NCBI GenBank assembly: GCA_048938105.1
Contig: JBHLMN010000017.1
Coordinates: 80,714-144,713, forward strand
DNA length: 64,000 bases
From: Promethearchaeota archaeon
GTDB lineage: Archaea > Asgardarchaeota > Heimdallarchaeia > Hodarchaeales > Hodarchaeaceae
Direction of reading: 5' to 3'
Shown here piece by piece: positions 17,548-26,938 of this stretch. Numbering within the stretch: the first letter of the stretch is position 1; the number at the start of each line of letters is the position of its first letter. Below the pieces are notes generated by a model. That model was not told the DNA's origin and ran no database searches. It was given only the letters and a program-made list of their open reading frames with translations. Position numbers and translations under genes: made by a program.

Positions 17548-20500
17548 ATGTCAACAGCTATAACAATCGTTACGATGAAGGCTAGAGATAAAGAACAGAA
17601 AATAGGAGACGCTCCATTAAGAATTCCAAAAAGATTCACAGATGTTTTTCCTGTGAAAACAAAAACAGTTATTATGGCTTGTCAAGGAAATTATACCCCT
17701 GAAATAGGAGATTATATATCTTTTCAGCTTTCTTCTGAAGACTCCTTAACCCACAAAGAATCTTCAGCTGAATTGTTTGTTCAAATTGATAAAATAACCT
17801 CATTTGAAAAAATATTATCTACTGATATTACTCAAGAGGAAATCGGATCAATTCTCGAAAGTTCTCCGAAGAGAATGGTTTGGATAGAAGGAATTGTCCT
17901 TGGATACTATTCTCCAAGTCGAAAAAGAATTTTAATGCCAAAAAATTCCCTTATAGGAATGATAGGAGAATTTACTGATTCAGAATCTATTAAGATTTTT
18001 ATAAACCTGTATATGGAATGTCTATTTCGCACATTCCCCCTTAAACTAATAAATTATTTAGTCTATAACTCAATCCAAGGAAGTCAGTTTTGTCAAAAAG
18101 GTAATAACAAGCTTTTAGAAGAAGTGATTCCTAAAATCCTAAAGAACATCGATGACTATTTCTTAAAGACAGAAACTAAAGATCTTCTTAATGTATTTAC
18201 ACAACAAACGAATTTTACCATTTCGAAAGAAACAGAAGATATTAATGATATCAAACATGAATATATTAATTGGCTTGCTTCTAATAAACCAATGGTCGAT
18301 TTCATAACTGATATATTGAAATATACTGAGAAAAAATTAAGTTTAATATTAAAATACCGAGGGAAGGTGGAAGTAAATCCAAGGCCACTTAATAGTCATA
18401 TCAGAAAAATAATTCAAACAGAACTTAAAAAATATGAAACAGGAGTACACCCAAAAAGGGAGACAAATCTAAAACAGCCAGTTTTTGCTGAATTTGAAAT
18501 TGGATTCAGTCCCGAACAACAAGTCAAAATATCGGTCATAGAACCCGAATTGCAATCTAAGGTCAGGAAAACCGATCGGAAACCAGACTCCATCAAAACC
18601 AATGAAAAGCGAGAAGATATTCGTGAACTTGAAGCTAAGATGAAACTCGCTGCTCATTCTCTGGACTTTAAAAAAGCATCCAAAATTCGAGAGAAAATTG
18701 AAGAAATAAAAAAAGAAAATATCGATAGAGAAATAGAAAAACAGCCTTCTGATTTTGAGGCACCTTCAGCAAAGAAACTTCTTAGAACACCCAAATTCGT
18801 ACCATTCGATCAATACTGGCCAACCTTAGATACAATGAATGAAGATCAAAGAAATTGGTACGATTATTGGGTGTCAGAAGCCGAAAATGGACATTATTAT
18901 CCGACTGATATATCTTATATTTTCTTATATATCTATCAAACACTTGATTATGAAGATAAAGAAAAAGGGTATCGTACATTACGAGATATTTGGATCCATT
19001 ATCGGAGAGAACATCCCAAACTGGATCGGTACTTGATTGATTGGATAACAGACTATGTCCTTCTTCATAAATGCCATTATGATCAAAGGACTATACTAAA
19101 GGAATTAATCAAATTTCACTCAAAATACACAGTCGAATGTCTTGATTCTATATTAACATTATTCCCCCCTCGCTCATTTAAAGAAATGCCTATAGATTGG
19201 ATTGATGTTCTGGCAAATAATAGTATCAAAAGTAGTTCATTTTATATGTCGAAGCCCAATGTCATGAACACAATAATCCCTGAAGTACTTGATGCAATTG
19301 ATCGATATTACCATGAGAATGAAAATATAGGTTTATTAGAGAAATTTAAACCCGATAAAGTTACACGGTTCGTCTTTGATCGTGCCCTCAAGGATGAAAG
19401 TTATCTTACTAAGACTATTGAAGTTTTATCTTACACAAAATCCCTATCTCTTCTTGTTTTCATCTCTGAGGTTGTAAGAACAACAGAGACTAAACTCCGT
19501 AAGTACTATCGTTTTCCAGCCCTTCCTCATATTTGTATATTAGAAAGAGAAATTGAAAAAGTAATTGAAACCACTTTTACGAAGTTTATCAGTGAGTTGA
19601 GTTTAACCGAAGGTGAAACACAATTATCCTTCATCGACGCAGCGCAAAAATATGTTAATAGAGTCGAGAATGAACCTGAAAAAAAACCGAAATTGTACCA
19701 GTTTCAACCTAATTATCAAGATATGACTAAATCTCAATTGAAATGGTATTTCTATTGGCGTAACCAGGTTAGGAACGGAAATTTTCTCCCTACTCAAATT
19801 GGATACATTATATTGTATATCTATGAAATAATCAATGATATTGGAATTCAAAATCATCAAGAGGGTTATAAACGACTATCAGCAATCTGGGAATATTACC
19901 GTATCGATAATCCCGAGTTAGACGAATATTTCCCTGAATGGATAGCGGAATATGCGATTCTAAATCAAATACCTGTTGATAATCTCGAAGAACTCTATTA
20001 TAAGATTTTAAATAGATTAGATAGAAGAGAACAAAGAGATCTTCGATATGAATTAACAGAACTTTTACTTTCTCAATACAAACATGAAGCTTTTAATAAA
20101 ATTCCAATCAAAATGATTTATGAGCTTGTTGGTTATACAAATTTTCTCCCCTATACACGATTAAATGACACAGTTCGAAATACGATAGATCAGCATGTAA
20201 ATACAATACTAAATGAAGTAAATTCTTACTATTTACAAAAGTACAAAAAAGGATTGCTAGATTGCTTCAGTCCAACCAAAAAACGGAGAATCCCCTTTGT
20301 TCTTGCTCGATATTTTGGTGACACTGATATATTAGAGGTAAAAGGTTACTCACGGCAATTTTTGAATTTTTTAGACAATATAATAAGATTTATCCAGAAT
20401 CGATTCCGTGATATTGAATTAGATACAACTAAAACCCGATTGAAGGTTGTTATTCCCGATCCTGAAGTTGAAGCACTAATTGATTATTATTTCATTGACA

Positions 20501-20997
20501 ACCTAAATGCCACAAACATCATGCCTAAATATTCAAAGATTGCATTACAGGTTCAAAGTGGCAATTTAGGCGTGGATCAATCTAAAATAAAGGCTTTAAC
20601 CGAGGAATCCGAGGAAATTCAATCCCTCTTAACAACCACCGAGATTGAGCAGGAAGAAGCTCTACCAGAGTTAGAAATGATTCAAATAGAAATTAAAAAA
20701 CCAATTAATAAAGAATCTGTTCAGGAAGCAGAAACAAGCGAATCAGATGAGTTGGAGCTGTTTCGATCAAGATTGACTGATCTCCAATTAGAAGTTTTGA
20801 GGATCTTAATAGTCAGTAAAAAGCCAAAAGAACAGTTAGACCAACTAGCAGAACAAACGGGTACTTTACCAGAAGCAATGATAGAATCCATTAACGAAAT
20901 CGCGCTTGAGATAATAGATGATATCATAATTGATTCTGAACTTCTCAACATTATTGATGAGTATTTGGATAGGATAAAGACGATTATCAAGATATAA
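17548..20997 (+). CDS. Shango SngA-like protein: divergent N-terminus, UVR motif, two TerB-N domains, TerB-C
   Basis: TerB-N signatures YWPTLDTMNEDQRNWYDYW...TDISYIFLYIY and FQPNYQDMTKSQLKWYFYWR...QIGYIILYIYE; TerB-C LPEAMIESINEIALEIIDDIIID. Confidence 0.8.
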   Translation: MSTAITIVTMKARDKEQKIGDAPLRIPKRFTDVFPVKTKTVIMACQGNYTPEIGDYISFQLSSEDSLTHKESSAELFVQIDKITSFEKILSTDITQEEIGSILESSPKRMVWIEGIVLGYYSPSRKRILMPKNSLIGMIGEFTDSESIKIFINLYMECLFRTFPLKLINYLVYNSIQGSQFCQKGNNKLLEEVIPKILKNIDDYFLKTETKDLLNVFTQQTNFTISKETEDINDIKHEYINWLASNKPMVDFITDILKYTEKKLSLILKYRGKVEVNPRPLNSHIRKIIQTELKKYETGVHPKRETNLKQPVFAEFEIGFSPEQQVKISVIEPELQSKVRKTDRKPDSIKTNEKREDIRELEAKMKLAAHSLDFKKASKIREKIEEIKKENIDREIEKQPSDFEAPSAKKLLRTPKFVPFDQYWPTLDTMNEDQRNWYDYWVSEAENGHYYPTDISYIFLYIYQTLDYEDKEKGYRTLRDIWIHYRREHPKLDRYLIDWITDYVLLHKCHYDQRTILKELIKFHSKYTVECLDSILTLFPPRSFKEMPIDWIDVLANNSIKSSSFYMSKPNVMNTIIPEVLDAIDRYYHENENIGLLEKFKPDKVTRFVFDRALKDESYLTKTIEVLSYTKSLSLLVFISEVVRTTETKLRKYYRFPALPHICILEREIEKVIETTFTKFISELSLTEGETQLSFIDAAQKYVNRVENEPEKKPKLYQFQPNYQDMTKSQLKWYFYWRNQVRNGNFLPTQIGYIILYIYEIINDIGIQNHQEGYKRLSAIWEYYRIDNPELDEYFPEWIAEYAILNQIPVDNLEELYYKILNRLDRREQRDLRYELTELLLSQYKHEAFNKIPIKMIYELVGYTNFLPYTRLNDTVRNTIDQHVNTILNEVNSYYLQKYKKGLLDCFSPTKKRRIPFVLARYFGDTDILEVKGYSRQFLNFLDNIIRFIQNRFRDIELDTTKTRLKVVIPDPEVEALIDYYFIDNLNATNIMPKYSKIALQVQSGNLGVDQSKIKALTEESEEIQSLLTTTEIEQEEALPELEMIQIEIKKPINKESVQEAETSESDELELFRSRLTDLQLEVLRILIVSKKPKEQLDQLAEQTGTLPEAMIESINEIALEIIDDIIIDSELLNIIDEYLDRIKTIIKI

Positions 20998-21021
20998 ATA
21001 CCTAAAGGACGCATTGTAACA

Positions 21022-22353
21022 ATGTCAAAGAAAAGAATCCCACAACGTGTATCAGCTACAATTCTAAAATCCTTGAGTGCTGGAGTGGTACCCCGTATAG
21101 GTCTAGAACATATTGCTGTAGGTCGAAAAGAGGAAATAGAATCATTATTGGAAGATTTGGAAAATATTGAGGTAGGAAGCGCAGCTTTTCGATTTTTTAT
21201 TGGACGATATGGATCTGGTAAGAGTTTCTTAATTCAGTTGCTAAGGAATTATGCGATGGATCGTGATTTCGTTGTTGCTGATGTTGATTTATCCCCAGCT
21301 CGACGATTCATTGGCGGGGGAAATAAAGGCGTTGCTACATATCGTGAACTTATTACAAATATGTCCACAAAAACACGTCCTAGTGGTGGAGCATTAACAG
21401 CAATCTTGGAAAAATGGATCTCCAAAATTCAATCCATGGTAATCACTGAAAAAGGGATCAAACTTCAAGATCCTGTTTTTGTGGATTTGGTGGAAACAGA
21501 GATAATTAATGCTGTAAACAACATCAAGGACTTAGTTCATGGGTTTGATTTCGCAACAGTTATCTCAACATACTGGCGTGGGCACAAACTTGGTGAGGAA
21601 GAAACGAAAGAAAATGCTCTTAGATGGTTACGAGGGGAATATACCACAAAAACAGAGGCACGAAACGCTATAACAAATGTTAGTGTCATTGTCGATGATG
21701 ATTCATGGTACGATTATATCAAGTTAATGGCGCGATTTGTCACTGAAATTGGATATAAAGGACTATTAGTGTTTTTTGATGAGGCTGTGAACCTTTATAA
21801 GATCACCCATACTCAATCAAGAACCAATAATTATGAGAAACTTTTAACAATGTATAACGACACCATGCAAGGAAAAGCTGAGTACATTGGAATTTTTGTT
21901 GGTGGTACACCTCAATTTCTCGAAGATCGAAGGAGAGGCCTCTATAGCTATGAAGCACTACATTCACGTCTTGTTGAGAGTCGGTTTACCAAAAATGGAT
22001 TACGTGATATTTCAGGCCCTGTCATTAAGCTAGAACGTTTATCCTTAGAAGAGATTTTTGTACTATTAACTCGTGTTATGAACATTCATGCCCTCCACTA
22101 TAAATATGAAGCTAATTTAACAAATGATGAACTTCAAGAATTCATTAAAATAATAGTTAGCCGAATTGGGGCCGATAAACTGCTTACTCCACGAGAATTT
22201 GTCCGAGAATTTATTATTTTATTAAATATCCTTCGGAGGAACCCAGAAAAATCCTTTTTAGGATTAATTCAAGGAGAAGATTTCAAACCACAAGCTCCAA
22301 GCCAAGTAGAGGAATCCGTTAAAGGAACAGAATATGAGGAATTTACCTTATGA
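21022..22353 (+). CDS. DUF2791/BrxD-family P-loop ATPase (Shango SngB-like)
   Basis: SLSAGVVPRIGLEHIAVGR, Walker A GRYGSGKS, Walker B LLVFFDE, RRGLYSYEALHSRL, TPREF. Confidence 0.9.
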   Translation: MSKKRIPQRVSATILKSLSAGVVPRIGLEHIAVGRKEEIESLLEDLENIEVGSAAFRFFIGRYGSGKSFLIQLLRNYAMDRDFVVADVDLSPARRFIGGGNKGVATYRELITNMSTKTRPSGGALTAILEKWISKIQSMVITEKGIKLQDPVFVDLVETEIINAVNNIKDLVHGFDFATVISTYWRGHKLGEEETKENALRWLRGEYTTKTEARNAITNVSVIVDDDSWYDYIKLMARFVTEIGYKGLLVFFDEAVNLYKITHTQSRTNNYEKLLTMYNDTMQGKAEYIGIFVGGTPQFLEDRRRGLYSYEALHSRLVESRFTKNGLRDISGPVIKLERLSLEEIFVLLTRVMNIHALHYKYEANLTNDELQEFIKIIVSRIGADKLLTPREFVREFIILLNILRRNPEKSFLGLIQGEDFKPQAPSQVEESVKGTEYEEFTL

Positions 22354-24584
22354 GTGATGCTATTTTCAATCGTTTTCCTGCATTTATTCAAGAATGGATT
22401 TACTCGCATGGATGGGAGGAATTACGTGAAATTCAGGTTGCTTCTGCAAATGTAATTTTTAATACAAACGCTCATGTATTGTTGGCAACTGGAACTGCCA
22501 GTGGGAAAACGGAAGCAGCTTTTTTTCCTGCATTAACATTGATTTATGAAGATCCTCCTGCAAGTATTGGTATCCTTTACATCTCACCCTTGAAAGCTTT
22601 AATTAATGACCAATTTAATCGCATAGAGGAGTTGTTAGAAGAAGCAGAGATCTCCACTTGGCCCTGGCATGGAGATATTCCTCGAAATCTGAAAAGAAAA
22701 TTACTCGAAAATCCTAATGGAGTTCTTCAAATTACGCCTGAATCTATGGAAAGTTTACTAATAAATAGACACCAAGATCTTCGGAGAATGTTTGGAGATC
22801 TTCGATTTGTGATAATAGACGAAGTACACGTTTTTATGAATGCAGAGAGAGGAACTCAAATCCTATGTCAATTAGAACGTCTTGGAAACATCATTGGATA
22901 TCATCCCCGTCGTATAGGTCTGTCAGCAACTTTAAGCGATTATAGCTCTGCAGAAAAGTGGTTAAGTTCAGGAACAACCATTTCAATTAATACTCCGAAA
23001 GTACAAGGATTAATCAAAAGAATTAGATTGGCTGTTGAGAATTTCATTGATCCTAATCCGAACCCTGCTGGAATAATGCAGTATGGTGAAGGGGGCGAAT
23101 TAGTTGCCCCAGCTTCAGAACCCTCTTCCGAACCATATCCCTCAAATATGTATTTATTTGATCAAACGTTAAATGTTCAGTGTTTAATCTTTACTAACAC
23201 CCGAGAACGAGCGGAAAGCACAATTAATGCCCTTAGGGCAATTGCTGATCAAAAACGATATCCAAATAGGTACTATGTTCATCATGGGAGTATTTCTGCT
23301 TCTCTAAGGGAGGAAGCTGAATCAATTATGAAAACTGGAGACATCCCTTCTGTTACGGCATGTTCTGTTACGTTGGAATTAGGCATTGATATTGGATCCT
23401 TGGAAAGAATTATTCAGATTGGATCCCCACGAACAGTATCCAGTTTTTTACAACGGCTAGGCCGATCAGGTCGAAAGGAAAAAGATGTTTCTGAAATCCT
23501 TTTCATTCATTCGGAAGAAGAACCTTCGGATAACAAACCATTACCTTACTTGATACCTTGGGAATTGATTCAATCTGTAGCAATCATCAATCTTTATTTA
23601 GAAGAACGCTGGATTGAACCAATACAAGAGTTAAAATCTCCATTCAGTTTATTATATCACCAAACAATGTCTTCTCTGGCATCTGCAGGTGAACTCTCTC
23701 CTCAATCTCTTGCTCAACGAGTACTCTCCTTGACACCATTCAAGTATGTCTCTCAAGAAGAATATCGAACTCTTATTCATCATCTTATAGAATTGAATCA
23801 TATTGAACAAATTGAAGATGGAGGATTAATTGTAGGCCTTGATGGTGAACGAATTGTTCGAAACTATCGATTTTATGCGGTCTTTCCTGATGTGGTAGAG
23901 TGGACGGTGAAGAACACAGAAGAATTTGATGAGATAGGTAAAATTGGGCAATTATTTCTACCAGGTGATCGGTTTCCCCTAGCAGGATATACCTGGGAGG
24001 TTAAAGAAATCTATCCTGATCAAAAGGTGATAATTGTATCGAAAGTTGGTGGTCGAACCCGATATTTCTGGCCTGGAGGGATTGCCCCTGTTCATACTAA
24101 AATCCTTCAGAAGATGCGAAAAATCCTGTTTGAAGAAAAGATTTATCCTTACTTACAACCTGGTGCTGTTGAACGAATTCAACAGGTTAGAACATTAGCC
24201 AGAGAAGTAGAAATGGATAGACAAGTCCTTTTTCAGCTTGCTGGTCATAAATTTGTACTTCTACCTTGGGCTGGATCAATTTCGTTTCGAACAATTAGAA
24301 GAATATTGGAATTACATTCTGAAGAATTAGGGATCAGAAGTATTAGCGAACAGTCTCCCTATTTCTTTTTATTTGAAGCGGAAGACCAATCAAGAGATAG
24401 TCTTGAATCAGAGATCAAAAGATTATGTAACAGAATTGAATCACCTGCTGAGCTTATCAAAGAGGATGAAATTTTTGTCTGGCGGAAATTTGATCAATTT
24501 ATCCCGACTGATCTCCAACAACAGACATTAATGAATGACTACTTAGACTTGAAAGAAGTCAAAAGCATTATTAAGAACTGGTGA
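22350..24584 (+). CDS. Lhr-like SF2 DEAD/H helicase (Shango SngC-like), copy 1
   Basis: TASGKT, SPLKALINDQ, TPES, DEVH, LSAT, HHGS, LELGIDIG, QRLGRSGR. ATGA overlap with the ATPase gene. Confidence 0.9.
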   Translation: MSDAIFNRFPAFIQEWIYSHGWEELREIQVASANVIFNTNAHVLLATGTASGKTEAAFFPALTLIYEDPPASIGILYISPLKALINDQFNRIEELLEEAEISTWPWHGDIPRNLKRKLLENPNGVLQITPESMESLLINRHQDLRRMFGDLRFVIIDEVHVFMNAERGTQILCQLERLGNIIGYHPRRIGLSATLSDYSSAEKWLSSGTTISINTPKVQGLIKRIRLAVENFIDPNPNPAGIMQYGEGGELVAPASEPSSEPYPSNMYLFDQTLNVQCLIFTNTRERAESTINALRAIADQKRYPNRYYVHHGSISASLREEAESIMKTGDIPSVTACSVTLELGIDIGSLERIIQIGSPRTVSSFLQRLGRSGRKEKDVSEILFIHSEEEPSDNKPLPYLIPWELIQSVAIINLYLEERWIEPIQELKSPFSLLYHQTMSSLASAGELSPQSLAQRVLSLTPFKYVSQEEYRTLIHHLIELNHIEQIEDGGLIVGLDGERIVRNYRFYAVFPDVVEWTVKNTEEFDEIGKIGQLFLPGDRFPLAGYTWEVKEIYPDQKVIIVSKVGGRTRYFWPGGIAPVHTKILQKMRKILFEEKIYPYLQPGAVERIQQVRTLAREVEMDRQVLFQLAGHKFVLLPWAGSISFRTIRRILELHSEELGIRSISEQSPYFFLFEAEDQSRDSLESEIKRLCNRIESPAELIKEDEIFVWRKFDQFIPTDLQQQTLMNDYLDLKEVKSIIKNW

Positions 24585-26866
24585 GGGACCTGGCCTCAGC
24601 TCAATTTTATCGACTTGCTCCATGGATTCAAGAGTGGATTTATAGACAACAATGGGAGGTTTTTAGACCAATTCAAGAAGAGGCCTGTAAAGTCATTTTC
24701 GATACTCCTCATCATCTCCTATTAGCAACTGGAACTGCCAGTGGGAAGACCGAAGCTGCATTATTTCCTATCCTGACTCTATTAGATCAAAATCCTTCTG
24801 CAACTATTGGTGTTTTATACATTGGACCATTAAAAGCTCTTATTAATGATCAATTCCAGCGAGTTGAAGATCTCCTCCGAGAAGCGGATATAAAAGTTTG
24901 GCGTTGGCACGGAGATGTACCACAGAGCTACAAAACCAAATTAGTTCGAAATCCAAACGGATTACTGCAAATCACTCCAGAATCATTAGAAAGCTTGTTG
25001 ATTAATCGCACAACTGATTTACGTAGACTCTTTGGTGATTTAAGATTCATCATTATTGATGAAGTACATGCATTCATGCCTCAACTATCGGATCGCGGAA
25101 GACAAGTAATTTGTCAACTTGAGCGGCTTCAAGAGTATATTAACCAAATTCCTCGGCGAATTGGACTCTCTGCTACACTTGGTGATTATTCCTATGCTGA
25201 ATATTGGCTTGCTTCAGGTACAAATTTCCCTGTTATAACTCCTATAACCAACGAACCCTCAAAGAAACTTCGACTTAGTATTGAACATTTCACTGAAACA
25301 ACATGGCATCGAGCAAAGATGAGAGGTCAACCCCCACCACGTGGCCTTGACCTTCCATCACATAGATGGATCTTTGATTTAACTTTAGGAAGAAAATGCA
25401 TAATTTTCCAGAATGATAGAGAAAGAACTGAGCTAGTAACTCATGGATTGAGAGAAATCGCTAAATCAAAAGGATTACCAGATGTATATCACTCGCATCA
25501 TTCATGTATAGCAGGTTTACTTAGAGAAGATGCGGAGGAGTTTTTGAAAGAAAAGAACGGGGTTCCTCATGTTGTTGCAGCAACTATGACATTAGAGCTA
25601 GGCATTGATATATCTGATGTTGAAAGGATTATCCATGTTGATAGCCCTCATGCTGTCTCCACATTTGTACAACGTTTGGGAAGATCTGGTCGAGTAAATA
25701 ACGCGTCAGAGATGTTTTTTGCTGTTTCTGAGAATCCTAAATCTCCTCGTACGCCTCTTGCATATCAACTCCCTTATCGATTATTGCAAGCCATAGCAGT
25801 TGTCCAACTCTATCTTGATGAACGATGGATTGAACCAGCACTCCCACTTAAGAAACCGTTTTCAATTTTATTTCACCAAACCATGTCGATTCTAGCTTCC
25901 GCTGGTGAACTCTCTCCTCAAGCGTTAGCTCAAAGGGTATTATCACTTTCTCCTTTCAAGAATATTACTCAGCCTGAATTTCGCGTATTGTTAAACTACC
26001 TTATTAATAATGAGTATATTGAGCAAATTCAAGATGGTGGCTTGATTCTTGGACTAGCTGGAGAGAAGATAGTCCGAAACTACCGTTTTTATGCGGTATT
26101 TCGAGACTATGCGGTAGATTACTCAGTGAAGGAGGGGACGCGTGAGATTGGCCATATTGAACAACTACTCGAACCAGGTGATCAATTATTAATTGGGGGG
26201 TATCCTTACCGAATAACTCAAGCTTATCCTAAACAAAAACTCATGCTAGCTGAAAAGATATCGGAAAAACCATTATATGTGTGGCCAGGGAGAATCGCTC
26301 CTGTACATACTAGAGTAGTTCAACGAATGCGACGTTCTCTCTTTGAGGAAAAATCTTATTCATTCCTTCAGAGAGGTGCACGAATTCGTCTGGAAGAAGG
26401 CCGATTATTTGCTAAAAAGCATCAATTAGATAAAAGGGTCTTATTAAAAGAGTCAAAAAACAGATATAGCCTACTACCATGGATGGGATCCACACCGTTT
26501 AGAACACTTCTTCGTATATTAAAATTTCTGGGTCCTAACACCTTAGGGATAAATTGGGTGCAACCTGAACCTGTAACAACAACGGATCCCCATCTTCCAG
26601 TCCATGTTATTCAATTTGAAACCAGTAGTTATAATAACGCCAATTCGCTTTATAATGACCTATACAAACTAGTAGAAAACGTTTCAGAGAAAGAGCTACA
26701 CCAACTATATGATCAGTCTGAAAAATTCATTTATGAAAGATATCACCACTTATTACCAGTAGAATTACAACGGGAGGTATTAATTCATAATTATCTGGAT
26801 CTTAAAGAGGTAAAGAGTGTTATTCGTACGTGGGAGGATTATTCTATTTATTGGCAAACAGATTAA
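24581..26866 (+). CDS. Lhr-like SF2 DEAD/H helicase (SngC-like), copy 2
   Basis: Same motifs intact (TASGKT, DEVH, LSAT, QRLGRSGR); HHSC replaces HHGS. GTGA overlap with copy 1. Confidence 0.9.
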   Translation: MRDLASAQFYRLAPWIQEWIYRQQWEVFRPIQEEACKVIFDTPHHLLLATGTASGKTEAALFPILTLLDQNPSATIGVLYIGPLKALINDQFQRVEDLLREADIKVWRWHGDVPQSYKTKLVRNPNGLLQITPESLESLLINRTTDLRRLFGDLRFIIIDEVHAFMPQLSDRGRQVICQLERLQEYINQIPRRIGLSATLGDYSYAEYWLASGTNFPVITPITNEPSKKLRLSIEHFTETTWHRAKMRGQPPPRGLDLPSHRWIFDLTLGRKCIIFQNDRERTELVTHGLREIAKSKGLPDVYHSHHSCIAGLLREDAEEFLKEKNGVPHVVAATMTLELGIDISDVERIIHVDSPHAVSTFVQRLGRSGRVNNASEMFFAVSENPKSPRTPLAYQLPYRLLQAIAVVQLYLDERWIEPALPLKKPFSILFHQTMSILASAGELSPQALAQRVLSLSPFKNITQPEFRVLLNYLINNEYIEQIQDGGLILGLAGEKIVRNYRFYAVFRDYAVDYSVKEGTREIGHIEQLLEPGDQLLIGGYPYRITQAYPKQKLMLAEKISEKPLYVWPGRIAPVHTRVVQRMRRSLFEEKSYSFLQRGARIRLEEGRLFAKKHQLDKRVLLKESKNRYSLLPWMGSTPFRTLLRILKFLGPNTLGINWVQPEPVTTTDPHLPVHVIQFETSSYNNANSLYNDLYKLVENVSEKELHQLYDQSEKFIYERYHHLLPVELQREVLIHNYLDLKEVKSVIRTWEDYSIYWQTD

Positions 26867-26938
26867 AAGATATTTAAGAAAATTTTTAGGCTATCATCAA
26901 GTAAAAGAAGTTTAATTCCCATCTAGAACTGAGTAAAA

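Noticed and set aside
21022-26866. BREX system (BrxD/BrxHI-like pair)
   Set aside because: No pglZ, pglX or brxC nearby; the TerB-N/TerB-C partner fits Shango better.
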